A DNA stretch of 64,000 bases, from NCBI GenBank assembly GCA_028748975.1, contig JAQTPI010000002.1, positions 51,213 through 115,212 on the forward strand. The letters run 5' to 3'. The translations under genes and the position numbers were made by a program. Position 1 is the stretch's first letter; every line of letters begins with the position of its first letter. This document shows positions 39,158 to 48,961 of this stretch, piece after piece. Below the pieces are notes generated by a model, which did not search any database, was not told the origin of the DNA, and was given only the letters and a program-made list of their open reading frames with translations. Origin of the DNA: Patescibacteria group bacterium. Its GTDB lineage: Bacteria; Patescibacteriota; Patescibacteriia; UBA2196.

Positions 39158-41776
39158 ATGAGCGAACAAAAGCAATTCGTCTTCTCCTTTGAGGAAGGCA
39201 ACGCCAAAATGAAAGAAACTCTCGGCGGCAAGGGCGCCTATTTGGCCGAGATGACCCAATTTGGAATTCCGGTTCCGCCGGGCTTCACCATTTCAACCGA
39301 AGTGTGTGATTTGTATTACAAAAACAATCAAAAACATTCGGAAGAAATAATTAATCAAATTAACGCCAACCTTAAAAAGTTGGAAGAAAAAACCGGCAAA
39401 ACTTTAGGCGAGGCTATTGATCCTCTTTTGGTTTCCGTCCGCTCCGGCGCCGCGGTTTCCATGCCTGGCATGATGGACACGGTTTTAAACTTGGGCCTAA
39501 ACGACGAATCGGTGGCGGGTCTTGCAAAAAAAACTGGCAATGAACGCTTTGCCTGGGATTCCTATCGCCGTTTCATCCAGATGTTTGGCAGCGTGGTCAT
39601 GGGCTTGGAACATAATAAATTTGAAACCGAGCTTGATGCCATTAAACATAAAAATAATTTACTCGTGGACACTGATTTGGAAGCTCCGCATTTGAAAGAA
39701 TTGGTCGCCAATTACAAAACATTAATTCAAAAAGAAACCGGCAAGCTTTTTCCGAGTGATCCGCGCGAACAATTGCAAATGTCAATTGACGCTGTGTTTC
39801 GTTCCTGGAACAACGACCGCGCCATAACCTATCGCCGGCTAAATAACATCAAGGGACTCCTCGGCACTGCCGTCAATGTCCAGGCCATGGTTTTTGGCAA
39901 TTTGGGCGAAACCTCCGGCACCGGCGTTTGCTTTACCAGAAATCCGGCCACGGGCGAGAAAAAATTATATGGCGAATTCTTAATGAACGCGCAAGGCGAA
40001 GACGTGGTGGCGGGCATCCGCACCCCTCGGCCAATTGAAGAATTAAAGAGTATCATGCCCGACTGCTATAATCAGTTTGATAAAATTTATCATCAACTGG
40101 AAAATGATTATAAGGACATGCAGGATATGGAATTCACCATTCAAGAAGGAAAATTATACATTCTCCAAACCAGAAACGGCAAACGCACAGCCGCGGCTTC
40201 GGTTAAAATCGCGGTGGACATGGTTAAAGAAAATTTAATTGATGAAAAAACCGCCATCAAACGCGTTCTCGCCAATCAACTTGATCAATTGTTGCATAAA
40301 CAACTTGATCCGGTGGCCAAAAAAACAGCGGAAGTCTTAACCAAGGGTTTACCGGCGAGTCCCGGCGCCGCGGTGGGCCAGGCAGTATTTTCCGCCAAGA
40401 TGGCGCATGACTGGAACGCTGAAGGCAAAAAAGTTGTGCTAGTGCGCGCGGAAACTTCACCAGAAGACATTGAAGGCATGCACGCGGCCCAAGGAATTCT
40501 AACAGCGCGCGGCGGCATGACTTCTCACGCCGCAGTGGTGGCGCGCGGTATGGGCAAATGCTGCGTGGCCGGCGCCGGCGATGTCAAAATTAATGAACAT
40601 GAAAATTATTTTACTGTCGGCTCAATCAGAATCAATGAAGGCGATGTCATAACTTTGGACGGCTCCACTGGCGAAGTTTTTGCCAAGGCTTTGGGCGTGG
40701 TTGACCCCGAACTTTCCAACGACTTTAATGAACTCATGATTTGGGCCGATAAATACCGGAAACTGGGCGTGCGCACCAATGCCGACACTCCGCATGACGC
40801 TGAAGTGGCGCGCAAATTTGGCGCCGAAGGCATCGGCCTTTGCCGCACCGAACATATGTTTTTTAATGGCGACCGCATCAAAGCCGTGCGCGAAATGATT
40901 TTGGCGGACGATGTTGACGGCCGCAAACGCGCGCTTAAAAAACTCCTGCCATATCAAAAAGATGATTTTATTGGTTTATTTAAAGCCATGGACGGCTACA
41001 GCGTTACCATTAGATTATTAGATCCGCCGCTTCACGAATTTTTGCCGCAAACCGAAGAGGAAATTTTGGAATTGGCAGGCGAAATGAATGTCACGGTGGA
41101 ACACATCAAAAACAGAATTGAAGATTTAAGAGAATTCAATCCGATGCTAGGCCACCGCGGCTGCAGTGTGGTTGTGACTTATCCCGAAATTGCTGAAATG
41201 CAAACCGAGGCCATAATTTCCGCTGCCTGCGAACTCGCTAAAACCGGACAAAAAATCGTGCCGGAAATTATGATTCCATTGGTTGGTTTGAAACAGGAAT
41301 TGGATTTCAATGCCGAGATTGTCAGGCGCGTGGCGGAAGAAACCATGGAAAAATTCGGCGTGGAATTGGATTATAAAATTGGCACCATGATCGAAGTGCC
41401 TCGCGGCGCCTTGATTGCCGATAAACTGGCCGAAACCGCGGAATTTTTCTCTTTTGGCACCAATGATTTAACACAGATGGGTTTTGGATTTTCGCGCGAT
41501 GACGCTGGTAAATTTATTAAAGAATATCTGGCCAAAGGTTTATTTGAACATGATCCTTTTCAAACTTTGGACACTGAAGGTATTGGACAATTGATTAAAA
41601 TGGCAACAGAGTTGGGAAGAGCGACTCGCCCTGAAATCAAACTTGGCATTTGCGGCGAACACGGCGGCGACCCGGAATCCATCAAATTCTGCCACGCTGT
41701 TGGTTTGAATTATGTCAGTTGTTCTCCCTTCCGTGTGCCCATCGCCCGCCTCGTCGCCGCGCAGGCAGCTTTGTAA
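39158..41776 (+). CDS. ppdK: pyruvate, phosphate dikinase
   Basis: PEP-utilising enzyme motifs. Phospho-His region GGMTSHAAVVARG. Length 872 aa. Confidence 0.92.
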   Translation: MSEQKQFVFSFEEGNAKMKETLGGKGAYLAEMTQFGIPVPPGFTISTEVCDLYYKNNQKHSEEIINQINANLKKLEEKTGKTLGEAIDPLLVSVRSGAAVSMPGMMDTVLNLGLNDESVAGLAKKTGNERFAWDSYRRFIQMFGSVVMGLEHNKFETELDAIKHKNNLLVDTDLEAPHLKELVANYKTLIQKETGKLFPSDPREQLQMSIDAVFRSWNNDRAITYRRLNNIKGLLGTAVNVQAMVFGNLGETSGTGVCFTRNPATGEKKLYGEFLMNAQGEDVVAGIRTPRPIEELKSIMPDCYNQFDKIYHQLENDYKDMQDMEFTIQEGKLYILQTRNGKRTAAASVKIAVDMVKENLIDEKTAIKRVLANQLDQLLHKQLDPVAKKTAEVLTKGLPASPGAAVGQAVFSAKMAHDWNAEGKKVVLVRAETSPEDIEGMHAAQGILTARGGMTSHAAVVARGMGKCCVAGAGDVKINEHENYFTVGSIRINEGDVITLDGSTGEVFAKALGVVDPELSNDFNELMIWADKYRKLGVRTNADTPHDAEVARKFGAEGIGLCRTEHMFFNGDRIKAVREMILADDVDGRKRALKKLLPYQKDDFIGLFKAMDGYSVTIRLLDPPLHEFLPQTEEEILELAGEMNVTVEHIKNRIEDLREFNPMLGHRGCSVVVTYPEIAEMQTEAIISAACELAKTGQKIVPEIMIPLVGLKQELDFNAEIVRRVAEETMEKFGVELDYKIGTMIEVPRGALIADKLAETAEFFSFGTNDLTQMGFGFSRDDAGKFIKEYLAKGLFEHDPFQTLDTEGIGQLIKMATELGRATRPEIKLGICGEHGGDPESIKFCHAVGLNYVSCSPFRVPIARLVAAQAAL

Positions 41777-41983
41777 GCCAGAGTAATGTCATCCCGAGGA
41801 GTAGCAACGACGAGGGATCTCGCGGTTATCCTCCCCTTTCGAAGGGGAGGTGGTCCGATGTCGCATCGGACCAGAGGGGTTGTAATGTAGCGACGACAAC
41901 CACCCCGGCCGATTGCTATCGGCCACCCCTCCTTCGAAAGGAGGGGATAGCGACCGCCTAGTTAAAAAATAAATAAAAAAAAT

Positions 41984-42010
41984 CGGCCAACCAGATTTGC
42001 TGGCCAGCCG
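41984..42010 (-). terminator. terminator hairpin copy 2
   Basis: cggccaaccagatttgctggccagccg. Confidence 0.55.
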
Positions 42011-42019
42011 AAAGATGAA

Positions 42020-42382
42020 TTAAAACCCAAGAAATTGCAGTGCTAATTTCACCGCCTTGTATTTGTCCGCTTTGTGCGTCGCGCCGGCAGTGATTAATTC
42101 ATCGTTGTTTAAGGAAGAACCGGAAGCAGCGATGATTGGCTTTTTAAATCCGGATTTGACAATTTTTTCGATGAGCGGCATGGAATCTGGTTCGTCGCCT
42201 TCCACACAAGCGTCCATGATAATCACTTCAACGTCAGGATTGGCAAAAAAGAGATTTTCTCCTTCTTTCAACGTCTTGGCATGAAGAATTTCAATTTCAC
42301 TGTTCTTGTCGTGAAATTTGAATACTCGCTCCATTGGCGAAAAATCACTGTCCCTGTCTTCCACCACCAATACCTTTTTCAC
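42020..42382 (-). CDS. stand-alone receiver (REC)-like domain protein, paralogue 2 (GTG start)
   Basis: N-terminal MKKVLVVED and C-terminal LQFLGF conserved with paralogue 1. Middle region diverged. Confidence 0.45.
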   Translation of the reverse strand: MKKVLVVEDRDSDFSPMERVFKFHDKNSEIEILHAKTLKEGENLFFANPDVEVIIMDACVEGDEPDSMPLIEKIVKSGFKKPIIAASGSSLNNDELITAGATHKADKYKAVKLALQFLGF

Positions 42383-42435
42383 TTAATTTTCCTCCTTGGT
42401 TTTTATGGGTTAATAAATTATTTGATTAATAAATA

Positions 42436-42464
42436 AGTATAGCATAACTAAAATTTTCTGTCAA
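42436..42464 (-). promoter_or_regulatory. minus-strand promoter ttgaca-17-tatact for REC paralogue 2
   Basis: Near-identical to 39052-39080. Confidence 0.5.
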
Positions 42465-42470
42465 TTAGTT

Positions 42471-42683
42471 TGTCATCCCGGGCCGTGACCCGGCCTGCCT
42501 GCCCGCTTCGCAACGAGGCGAGCCGGCGAGGCAGGGATCCAATAGTTTGTCATTCCGACCGACCTCTATGGCCGCTTTGAGTGGAGGAATTCCTCCGTCG
42601 TCGTAAAACCACGAAGGGATCCTTCGACTTCGGCCTCTCCGCCAGCTGGCGGAGAGGCCTCCGCTCAGGATGACAAAAAATAA
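42471..42683. mobile_element. composite MITE-like elements (gtcatcccgg ... ctcaggatgac)
   Basis: Two nested units, each with terminal inverted repeats. Confidence 0.55.
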
Positions 42684-42730
42684 TAAAAAAAATCGGCTGG
42701 CCAGATTGGCTGGCCAGCCGAAAGGATTCT

Positions 42731-42961
42731 TTAAAGATTGATCGACACCTCTTGTTTTTCGGGGTTGTATGTGGTGTATCGCAGAACATCTCTTTTGAGT
42801 TCGGCTGACAATACTCCGTTTTCAAGTAAGCCCCGTTCTTCTAGTAGTCGTCTCATTTTTTCTGATATGACATAAGTGTCATCATTGCTTTTTCTTACCA
42901 AGACATGCAGAATTGCTGGTGTTTCATACACCATTCCAGCGAAATCTTTTTTCGTTAACAT
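42731..42961 (-). CDS. hypothetical protein (76 aa from an internal start)
   Basis: Same terminator hairpin (42694-42720). Promoter related to 37775-37815. Confidence 0.35.
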   Translation of the reverse strand: MLTKKDFAGMVYETPAILHVLVRKSNDDTYVISEKMRRLLEERGLLENGVLSAELKRDVLRYTTYNPEKQEVSINL

Positions 42962-43130
42962 GTTACCCCCCTCTTTTTGTCGTTTGCCCGTTCTTGGGCG
43001 GTTGTAAAAATGAACTATTTTATATAAAATAACCCTATCATATCTAAAATTTTTTGTCAAACCATTCGCTATCCAGTCTGTCATTTTTCACTTTTCATTA
43101 TTCATTTTTCATTATTTATAATACAAACCT

Positions 43131-44003
43131 ATGCCAACTCAAACAAAGCAAACAACCCCAGTCGAAGCCTATAACACCCAAGCCAAACCGACGTGGTGCC
43201 CCGGCTGCGGCGATTTTGGAATTTGGATGGGAATCAAAAGCGCCCTGAGCGAATTAAACCTGCCACCGCACATGGTCGCAATCGTCTATGGCATCGGCTG
43301 CGCCGGCAACATGGCCTCCACCCTGAAATGCTACGGCTTTCATTCTCTTCACGGCCGAACCCTGCCCGTCGCCACCGGCATCAAACTCGCCAATCCCAAG
43401 CTCGCGGTTTTGACCGTGGCCGGCGACGGCGATTTCTATGGCGAAGGCGGCAATCATTTTCTCCACGCCGCGCGCTATAATTCTGACATCAATGCCATTG
43501 TTTGTGACAACCGCCTGTTTTCTCTGACCACGGGCCAGGCCTCGCCAACTTCCGCGGTCGGCATGATTTCCAAAACCACTCCTTTTGGCGAAATCAAAGA
43601 ACCCCTAAATCCCGTGGCTTTAGCAATTATTGCCGGCGCGACTTTTGTGGCGCGCGTGCCGGCTTTTGATCCGGCGCTCCTTAAAGAGACGATCAAACAA
43701 GCCATCAATCACAAAGGTTTTGCTTTGATTAATGTTTTGCAGCAATGCGTCACTTTCAACAAAACCAACACTGTGGAATGGTATAAAGAAAGAATTTATA
43801 ATCTGAATGATGCCAAGCATGATATTAATAATAAAGAGCAAGCACTCGCCAAAGCTTTGGAAACCGAAAAAATTCCAGTCGGAGTTTTCTATAAAGTTGA
43901 AAGGCCAAGTTATGAAGAAAAGTTAGACCTGTCTCCCGCCGCCTCCGCCAAAGACGAAAAAATAGTTTTCCCTTGGGCAGAGTTAAAGAAAGAATTTATT
44001 TAG
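43131..44003 (+). CDS. 2-oxoacid:ferredoxin oxidoreductase beta subunit (TPP-binding)
   Basis: CPGCGDFG Fe-S / TPP region. GDGD TPP-binding motif. Confidence 0.85.
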   Translation: MPTQTKQTTPVEAYNTQAKPTWCPGCGDFGIWMGIKSALSELNLPPHMVAIVYGIGCAGNMASTLKCYGFHSLHGRTLPVATGIKLANPKLAVLTVAGDGDFYGEGGNHFLHAARYNSDINAIVCDNRLFSLTTGQASPTSAVGMISKTTPFGEIKEPLNPVALAIIAGATFVARVPAFDPALLKETIKQAINHKGFALINVLQQCVTFNKTNTVEWYKERIYNLNDAKHDINNKEQALAKALETEKIPVGVFYKVERPSYEEKLDLSPAASAKDEKIVFPWAELKKEFI

Positions 44004-44311
44004 TTAGTCATCCCCTCCTTTTCAAGGAGGGGCAAGGGGTGGTTATTTATTTCGCCGTTAGGCGCGTCGTTTCCCCCCTCTCCTTAACAAGGAGAGGTCG
44101 GGGTGAGGTAGATCGCCAATAGGCGCATCTAATTATGTCATCCCCGCCTTAGGCGGAAATTTGGAAAAACTCGCCCAACCAGCGGGTTTTGTTTTTAGAA
44201 GTATGATTTTTTATGGAACCATTCGCGCGAATGGGTAAATGGATTTTTTTCTAAAATAAAAAAAATCCCCGTCCCAAGTTTTTCCAGGGGCGGGGAAGAT
44301 CATTTTTGTGA

Positions 44312-44713
44312 CTATTTGTGGATGCAAACCATCCGAGTATTGGCAGAAAAATTATAATGAAGAAAGGAGAAGATTAAATTCCATCTCCAGTCATTAGTGC
44401 AAATCCATTTTAAAGTCGGGATGAGCAGATTTCCGTTCGGAGCGCGCCACACCGTGCCAGGAAAGATCAGTTCAAAATCTTGCCATTCTTGGGGAATTTC
44501 TTCCCTTCGTTTTTGTCCAATGCTAAAAAGTTGATTAATGAGTTGGTTAAGAAGCAGGCGTTCGGCATGAAGCTGGCCCGCGGAGTTCATTTTCTTGGCG
44601 TATTTCAGCAAGGTTGGTCCAAAAATATTGCCATTGCCAATCATTCCATCACAGCGGGAAAGATCATCCAACTCAAGAGAAATTTCGCCTTTTTCCAAAG
44701 CGACATTTTCCAA
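44312..44713 (-). CDS. hypothetical protein
   Basis: Minus-strand terminator at 44250-44290. May be the C-terminal part of a gene disrupted at 44714-44772. Confidence 0.35.
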   Translation of the reverse strand: MENVALEKGEISLELDDLSRCDGMIGNGNIFGPTLLKYAKKMNSAGQLHAERLLLNQLINQLFSIGQKRREEIPQEWQDFELIFPGTVWRAPNGNLLIPTLKWICTNDWRWNLIFSFLHYNFSANTRMVCIHK

Positions 44714-44772
44714 GAGTTCATAGCCTTCTTTGCCTTCTTGGCGCCGGTCATAGATGAAGTCGGTTTGGGGCT

Positions 44773-45183
44773 TTAGAACCAGGAGGGATAATTCTTGGGG
44801 GTGTTTGTGATTTTCTCTTCCTTTTTATTTTCCTCAACGTCAATCAGATGAAGTTCGGTGCCAGGAATGATAATGGTCGCCATCCGGCTTTCAAGCGCAT
44901 GGGTTTCACAACGGGAGACAGATAGGGCGATTGAACAAGAATCAGAATCGCTGGCGAAAGGTTTATCGAAACCTGTAATTTTTACTTTTTCTCCATGGAG
45001 TCCACTGTCTTTATTGATGATTAAAAACCGTTTATCCTTTACCCCTTCCACCGCGTTTTTTATCAGTATTTCTCTGTCACTGCGGAATTTGTTTTCAAGG
45101 TTATTCATTTCTTCCCGAAAAGCTCTTTTTAGCGCATAAAGTTGTTGGTTCAGCTCTTCTGACCAACAAAGTGTTTTTGCCAT
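44773..45183 (-). CDS. hypothetical protein
   Basis: ggagg SD on the minus strand at 45190. Tandem 25-nt repeats immediately upstream. Confidence 0.4.
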   Translation of the reverse strand: MAKTLCWSEELNQQLYALKRAFREEMNNLENKFRSDREILIKNAVEGVKDKRFLIINKDSGLHGEKVKITGFDKPFASDSDSCSIALSVSRCETHALESRMATIIIPGTELHLIDVEENKKEEKITNTPKNYPSWF

Positions 45184-45196
45184 GTTTGCCTCCTTG

Positions 45197-45268
45197 CCCC
45201 GAGCTTGTTTGGGGTGGTTTACCCCGAGCTTGTTCGAGGTGGTTTACCCCGAGCTTGTCGAGGGGTTT
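45197..45268. repeat. 3 x 25-nt tandem repeat (ccccgagcttgt..ggtggttta)
   Basis: Direct tandem copies immediately upstream of the minus-strand ORF start. Confidence 0.65.
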
Positions 45269-45442
45269 AATTGTGAGCGAACTGGGTATTGTTTTATCTT
45301 ATACCCAATCCCGAGGGTTTGTCAAATGGTTTTTCTTTTTGGCTTTCATGGACTTATTCGCGCGAATGGGTAAATGGATTTTTTTCTAAAATAAAAAAAT
45401 CCCCGCGAATTTTTGTTCGCGGGGTGTTTGTTTCAGATGTGT

Positions 45443-45874
45443 TTAGTTGGCAGGCACTTTGACCGGCACCGCTTTCCAGGGACTGATGCGATAGTATGCC
45501 TTCATGGTGAAATATTTTACCAGGCGTTCATGTTTGTGCAAAAACCAGTGGGCGCCTTTTTCTTCCAGGTGGTAGCCTTCGGTTTCGGGGCATATCGGCG
45601 TTTTCAGAAGCGCCAGCCCGGCTGTTTTTTCTGGATTCGGGTCATTTTGGCCCTGTATTTTTGTACCGACCCATTTGGAAAGGTTTTCCCACTGTTCCAA
45701 AACAGTGTACGTTTCATAGCCAGGCAGGGCGATGTGTTTGGCCACACAAAGCGTTTTTTGACCGTTTATCACTTGGTAGCCGTGCCGTTGGTAGGTGTTG
45801 AGGGCGATATAGACACCGATTGAGAGCAGGAACAGATAACCCAGAATAAACAACACTGTTGGTTTTGTCAGCAT
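45443..45874 (-). CDS. membrane-anchored hypothetical protein
   Basis: N-terminal transmembrane helix. Terminator at 45395-45425 shares a 50-nt module with 44190-44260. Confidence 0.4.
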   Translation of the reverse strand: MLTKPTVLFILGYLFLLSIGVYIALNTYQRHGYQVINGQKTLCVAKHIALPGYETYTVLEQWENLSKWVGTKIQGQNDPNPEKTAGLALLKTPICPETEGYHLEEKGAHWFLHKHERLVKYFTMKAYYRISPWKAVPVKVPAN

Positions 45875-46017
45875 TTTTGCCTCCTTTGGCTTTTTGTTGT
45901 TGGTTTGGGTTGATGGAATGTACTAAAGGCATTGTAGCATGTTTAAAAAATCCTGTCAAGTGGTTTTTGTGTCATCTCGGTTTTAGGTCGACTTGCCGAT
46001 AGGCAAGAACCATAAGT

Positions 46018-46074
46018 TTATCCGCCGGAGTATCAAAAGACTTTTAGAGAACGCAGGCGGAGAAACTTAATTTT
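46018..46074 (+). repeat. Element C copy
   Basis: tttatccgccggagt...gcaggcggagaaacttaatttt. Confidence 0.55.
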
Positions 46075-46268
46075 GACTTTCAGGGCTAAAAGTGGGAGAA
46101 TTAAAGTATAAAAACAAGAGGGCGCTCGCTCCGCTCGTCGCGTTTCGTCCCCTCTCCTTAACAAGGAGAGGAAGGGTGAGGTAGATCGCCGATAGGCGAC
46201 ATCTAATTTCGTTCGCGCCCACCTAATTCTTACTTCCGTACGTAAAGTATTACGTACTCAAAAAATAT

Positions 46269-46445
46269 ATGTCAACGCAAAAATTAATTAATAAAAACAT
46301 CCGCAAACTGACCAAAGTCGGCCAGCACAGTTTTGCTGTTACCCTGCCGATGGAAATGGTTAAAAAATTGAATTGGCGCGAAAAACAAAAAGTAGTGGTT
46401 ACTTTAAAAAGCAAAACTATAACTATTAAAGATTGGAAGAAATAA
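46269..46445 (+). CDS. AbrB/MazE/SpoVT-family small DNA-binding protein (58 aa)
   Basis: KVGQHSFAVTLPMEMVKKL swapped-hairpin motif. Below the ORF-track cutoff. Confidence 0.45.
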   Translation: MSTQKLINKNIRKLTKVGQHSFAVTLPMEMVKKLNWREKQKVVVTLKSKTITIKDWKK

Positions 46446-46523
46446 ATTAAAAAAATTTGTGTAAAAAATAGCCGTCATTCCGAGCGCAATAATGGAATCA
46501 TTTATAGTGTTTTAATTTTAAAT

Positions 46524-47978
46524 ATGGATAAACAAAAACAAAAAAACTTAGGTGCTTTTTATACTCCCGTCAGCGCCGTAGAGTATATGGTTAGTAAACT
46601 GACTGGTTTTTGTGATAAAAGTAAATTATTAGAACCAAGCGGTGGTGATGGAGCTTTTGTTTCTGTAATTTTAAAGAGGGGATTACTAAAATCGGAACAA
46701 ATTACGGTTTGGGATATCAATCCGGAGGTTAAAAATTATATTGAAAATTTGGGCATAAAAAATATAGTAATAAAAGACACGCTTTTATCAACCAATTTTG
46801 CCAGTAATTCTCTCTTTAGAGGAGAATTATTTTCTCATATTATTGGCAACCCTCCGTATTTAAACAAACAAAGTGCTTATATAAAAAAGAATAAACACAG
46901 ATTAGGAGATCTTTTTAAAGAAATCGGTGCTAATGATACCTATGCCATGTTTTTATATTTAGGTTGTAAATTACTAGAAGAAAATGGCGAACTCTGTTTT
47001 ATTATCAGCGACACCTATTTGACTTTAGGAATTCATAAAAAGTTAAGAAAATTTTTATTAAAAAATTATACCATTAATGAAATCACGCTTTGTTCCAAAA
47101 AATTATTTAGAGATAGTGGTGCTTTGGTTAATACAAGTATAATTTATTTAACCAACAAAAAATCATCCGATAGCCACAAAATAATTTTTAATGATTGTCG
47201 AGAAAACGAAGCCGATAACTATATTGGTAAAAAATTTAAAACTATACAAAAAAATATTTTATCATACCCCGATTATGTTTTTGATTTTAATGGTGGGGCA
47301 AAATTACTTGGTAAAATAAACGAACTTAAAAAAATGGTAAGTCTTTTAGATGGTGGTCTAGGAATGCACACGACAGATAATAATGAATTTTTAGCCATTG
47401 TTGATTATGGTGGAAAAAAATATGCTAGCAATAATGGTATAAACAAGATTGTTTCTGCAACAGATATTGATGGGAAAAAATGGAAATTTTATCATAAAAA
47501 GGGTGGTAATAATAAATATTATCTACCGACCGAATATGCCATTCGTTGGGACAAAGAAGCGGTTTCTCACTACAAAATGCCTAAAAATTACGACATTGAT
47601 ATTAAAAGAATAGGATTTGTTGTTTCCGGCATTTGTTCAAACCTAACAGCCAGACTATCAACGCCCGGTGCTCTTTGGGAAAGCAATAAGGCTATGTGTT
47701 TTTTCCCAAAAGACCCTCAAAAATATCCGCCAGAACTTTTTGTCGGCGTTTTAAATAGTGATATTTATAACAAAATGATAAAGTTATTAAATCATACCAA
47801 TTCTTTACAAATTAGAGATATTAAAAAGTTACCCTGGCCTGATTTTACCAATGAAGATGTAAACAAAATAATAACAATCTCTAAAAATATAATTGCCAAA
47901 ATTAAAGAAAACATGGATTATAGTTTCAACGGAGAACAGGAAAAAATTAATCAAATTGTTAATAATTATTTTTTATAG
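46524..47978 (+). CDS. gamma-class N6-adenine DNA methyltransferase (TaqI/Eco57I-like)
   Basis: GAFYTP (motif X). EPSGGDGAF (motif I). NPPY (motif IV). C-terminal TRD-sized extension. Confidence 0.75.
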   Translation: MDKQKQKNLGAFYTPVSAVEYMVSKLTGFCDKSKLLEPSGGDGAFVSVILKRGLLKSEQITVWDINPEVKNYIENLGIKNIVIKDTLLSTNFASNSLFRGELFSHIIGNPPYLNKQSAYIKKNKHRLGDLFKEIGANDTYAMFLYLGCKLLEENGELCFIISDTYLTLGIHKKLRKFLLKNYTINEITLCSKKLFRDSGALVNTSIIYLTNKKSSDSHKIIFNDCRENEADNYIGKKFKTIQKNILSYPDYVFDFNGGAKLLGKINELKKMVSLLDGGLGMHTTDNNEFLAIVDYGGKKYASNNGINKIVSATDIDGKKWKFYHKKGGNNKYYLPTEYAIRWDKEAVSHYKMPKNYDIDIKRIGFVVSGICSNLTARLSTPGALWESNKAMCFFPKDPQKYPPELFVGVLNSDIYNKMIKLLNHTNSLQIRDIKKLPWPDFTNEDVNKIITISKNIIAKIKENMDYSFNGEQEKINQIVNNYFL

Positions 47979-47982
47979 AATT

Positions 47983-48864
47983 ATGAAAAACAGAAAAGTA
48001 AAATCAAATAGAGCCCAAGCCGATTATTTTGAGTTATTAGTTTGTCAATATATTTGCCACTTGTATAATGTCACATTTTCTTACAGTCAAGATTTGGCCA
48101 AGCTATCAAACAAGATCCTTGTTTTACCGGATGGCAAAGCGAGATTAAAACTACAAAATGATAATTTTATAAAAATACAGCCCAAAATCAAAGAGATTTT
48201 AGATTTTGAAATAGGTCAAAAAGGAAAAGTAATAAGCGTGGTTTGGGTTGGTAGAAATCTTTTAATTGAAACGACCTCCGATGTTGACGCCGAACACATT
48301 AATAAGCAAAAAACAAGGTTTTCCATTAAATCAATAGCCAGCACCGGCACTGGTACATTGAAAAATTTGGGTGCAAGACAAATCAAAAAATTTTTAGGAA
48401 TTGATTTTTCACGACAATATAACGAAATGTGGCGAAAACTAAGAGATCATTTAAAGGATTTTGATTTATCACAATCAAGACTGAAAAAGAAAGTGCAAAA
48501 AAATAAAAAATTATTGAAGTGGGCGACAGAAAACGGAAAAAAATATCAAACGAAATTAAATGAATTATGTCTTAATTCTTTTAATAAACTTTCTTTAAAG
48601 GAAAAGATTAATTTTCTTAATTATATTACTGACTGCAATGACGAGGATTTATATGTTATTATTGTAAATTCTGTCGACGTTATAATTTATAAACCGGTAG
48701 ATAAAAAATTAAAAATTATAAAGAATATAAAGGCCAAAAAAAATAATATGGCAGGTGCTGGTTACACAATTTATATTGACGATAAACCAACTTATCGCGT
48801 CCAAACCAACAACACAAATGGAATCGGCATCAGCGCTTATTGTCAAAGAATTTTCTGGATTTAA
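47983..48864 (+). CDS. hypothetical protein, candidate cognate restriction endonuclease
   Basis: Starts 5 nt after the MTase stop. No recognised motif. Assignment by position only. Confidence 0.3.
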   Translation: MKNRKVKSNRAQADYFELLVCQYICHLYNVTFSYSQDLAKLSNKILVLPDGKARLKLQNDNFIKIQPKIKEILDFEIGQKGKVISVVWVGRNLLIETTSDVDAEHINKQKTRFSIKSIASTGTGTLKNLGARQIKKFLGIDFSRQYNEMWRKLRDHLKDFDLSQSRLKKKVQKNKKLLKWATENGKKYQTKLNELCLNSFNKLSLKEKINFLNYITDCNDEDLYVIIVNSVDVIIYKPVDKKLKIIKNIKAKKNNMAGAGYTIYIDDKPTYRVQTNNTNGIGISAYCQRIFWI

Positions 48865-48961
48865 TTGAAAAGACGAATAAAGAAATTGACGAAAAAGTCT
48901 ATGGCTTTTACGGCCTGACGGAGGAGGAAATAAAAATTATAGAAATTAATAAATAGATAAT

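Noticed and set aside
43193-43480. Arg-rich 95-aa ORF in an alternative frame of the oxidoreductase beta gene
   Set aside because: It overlaps conserved TPP-binding coding sequence. It is a composition artefact.
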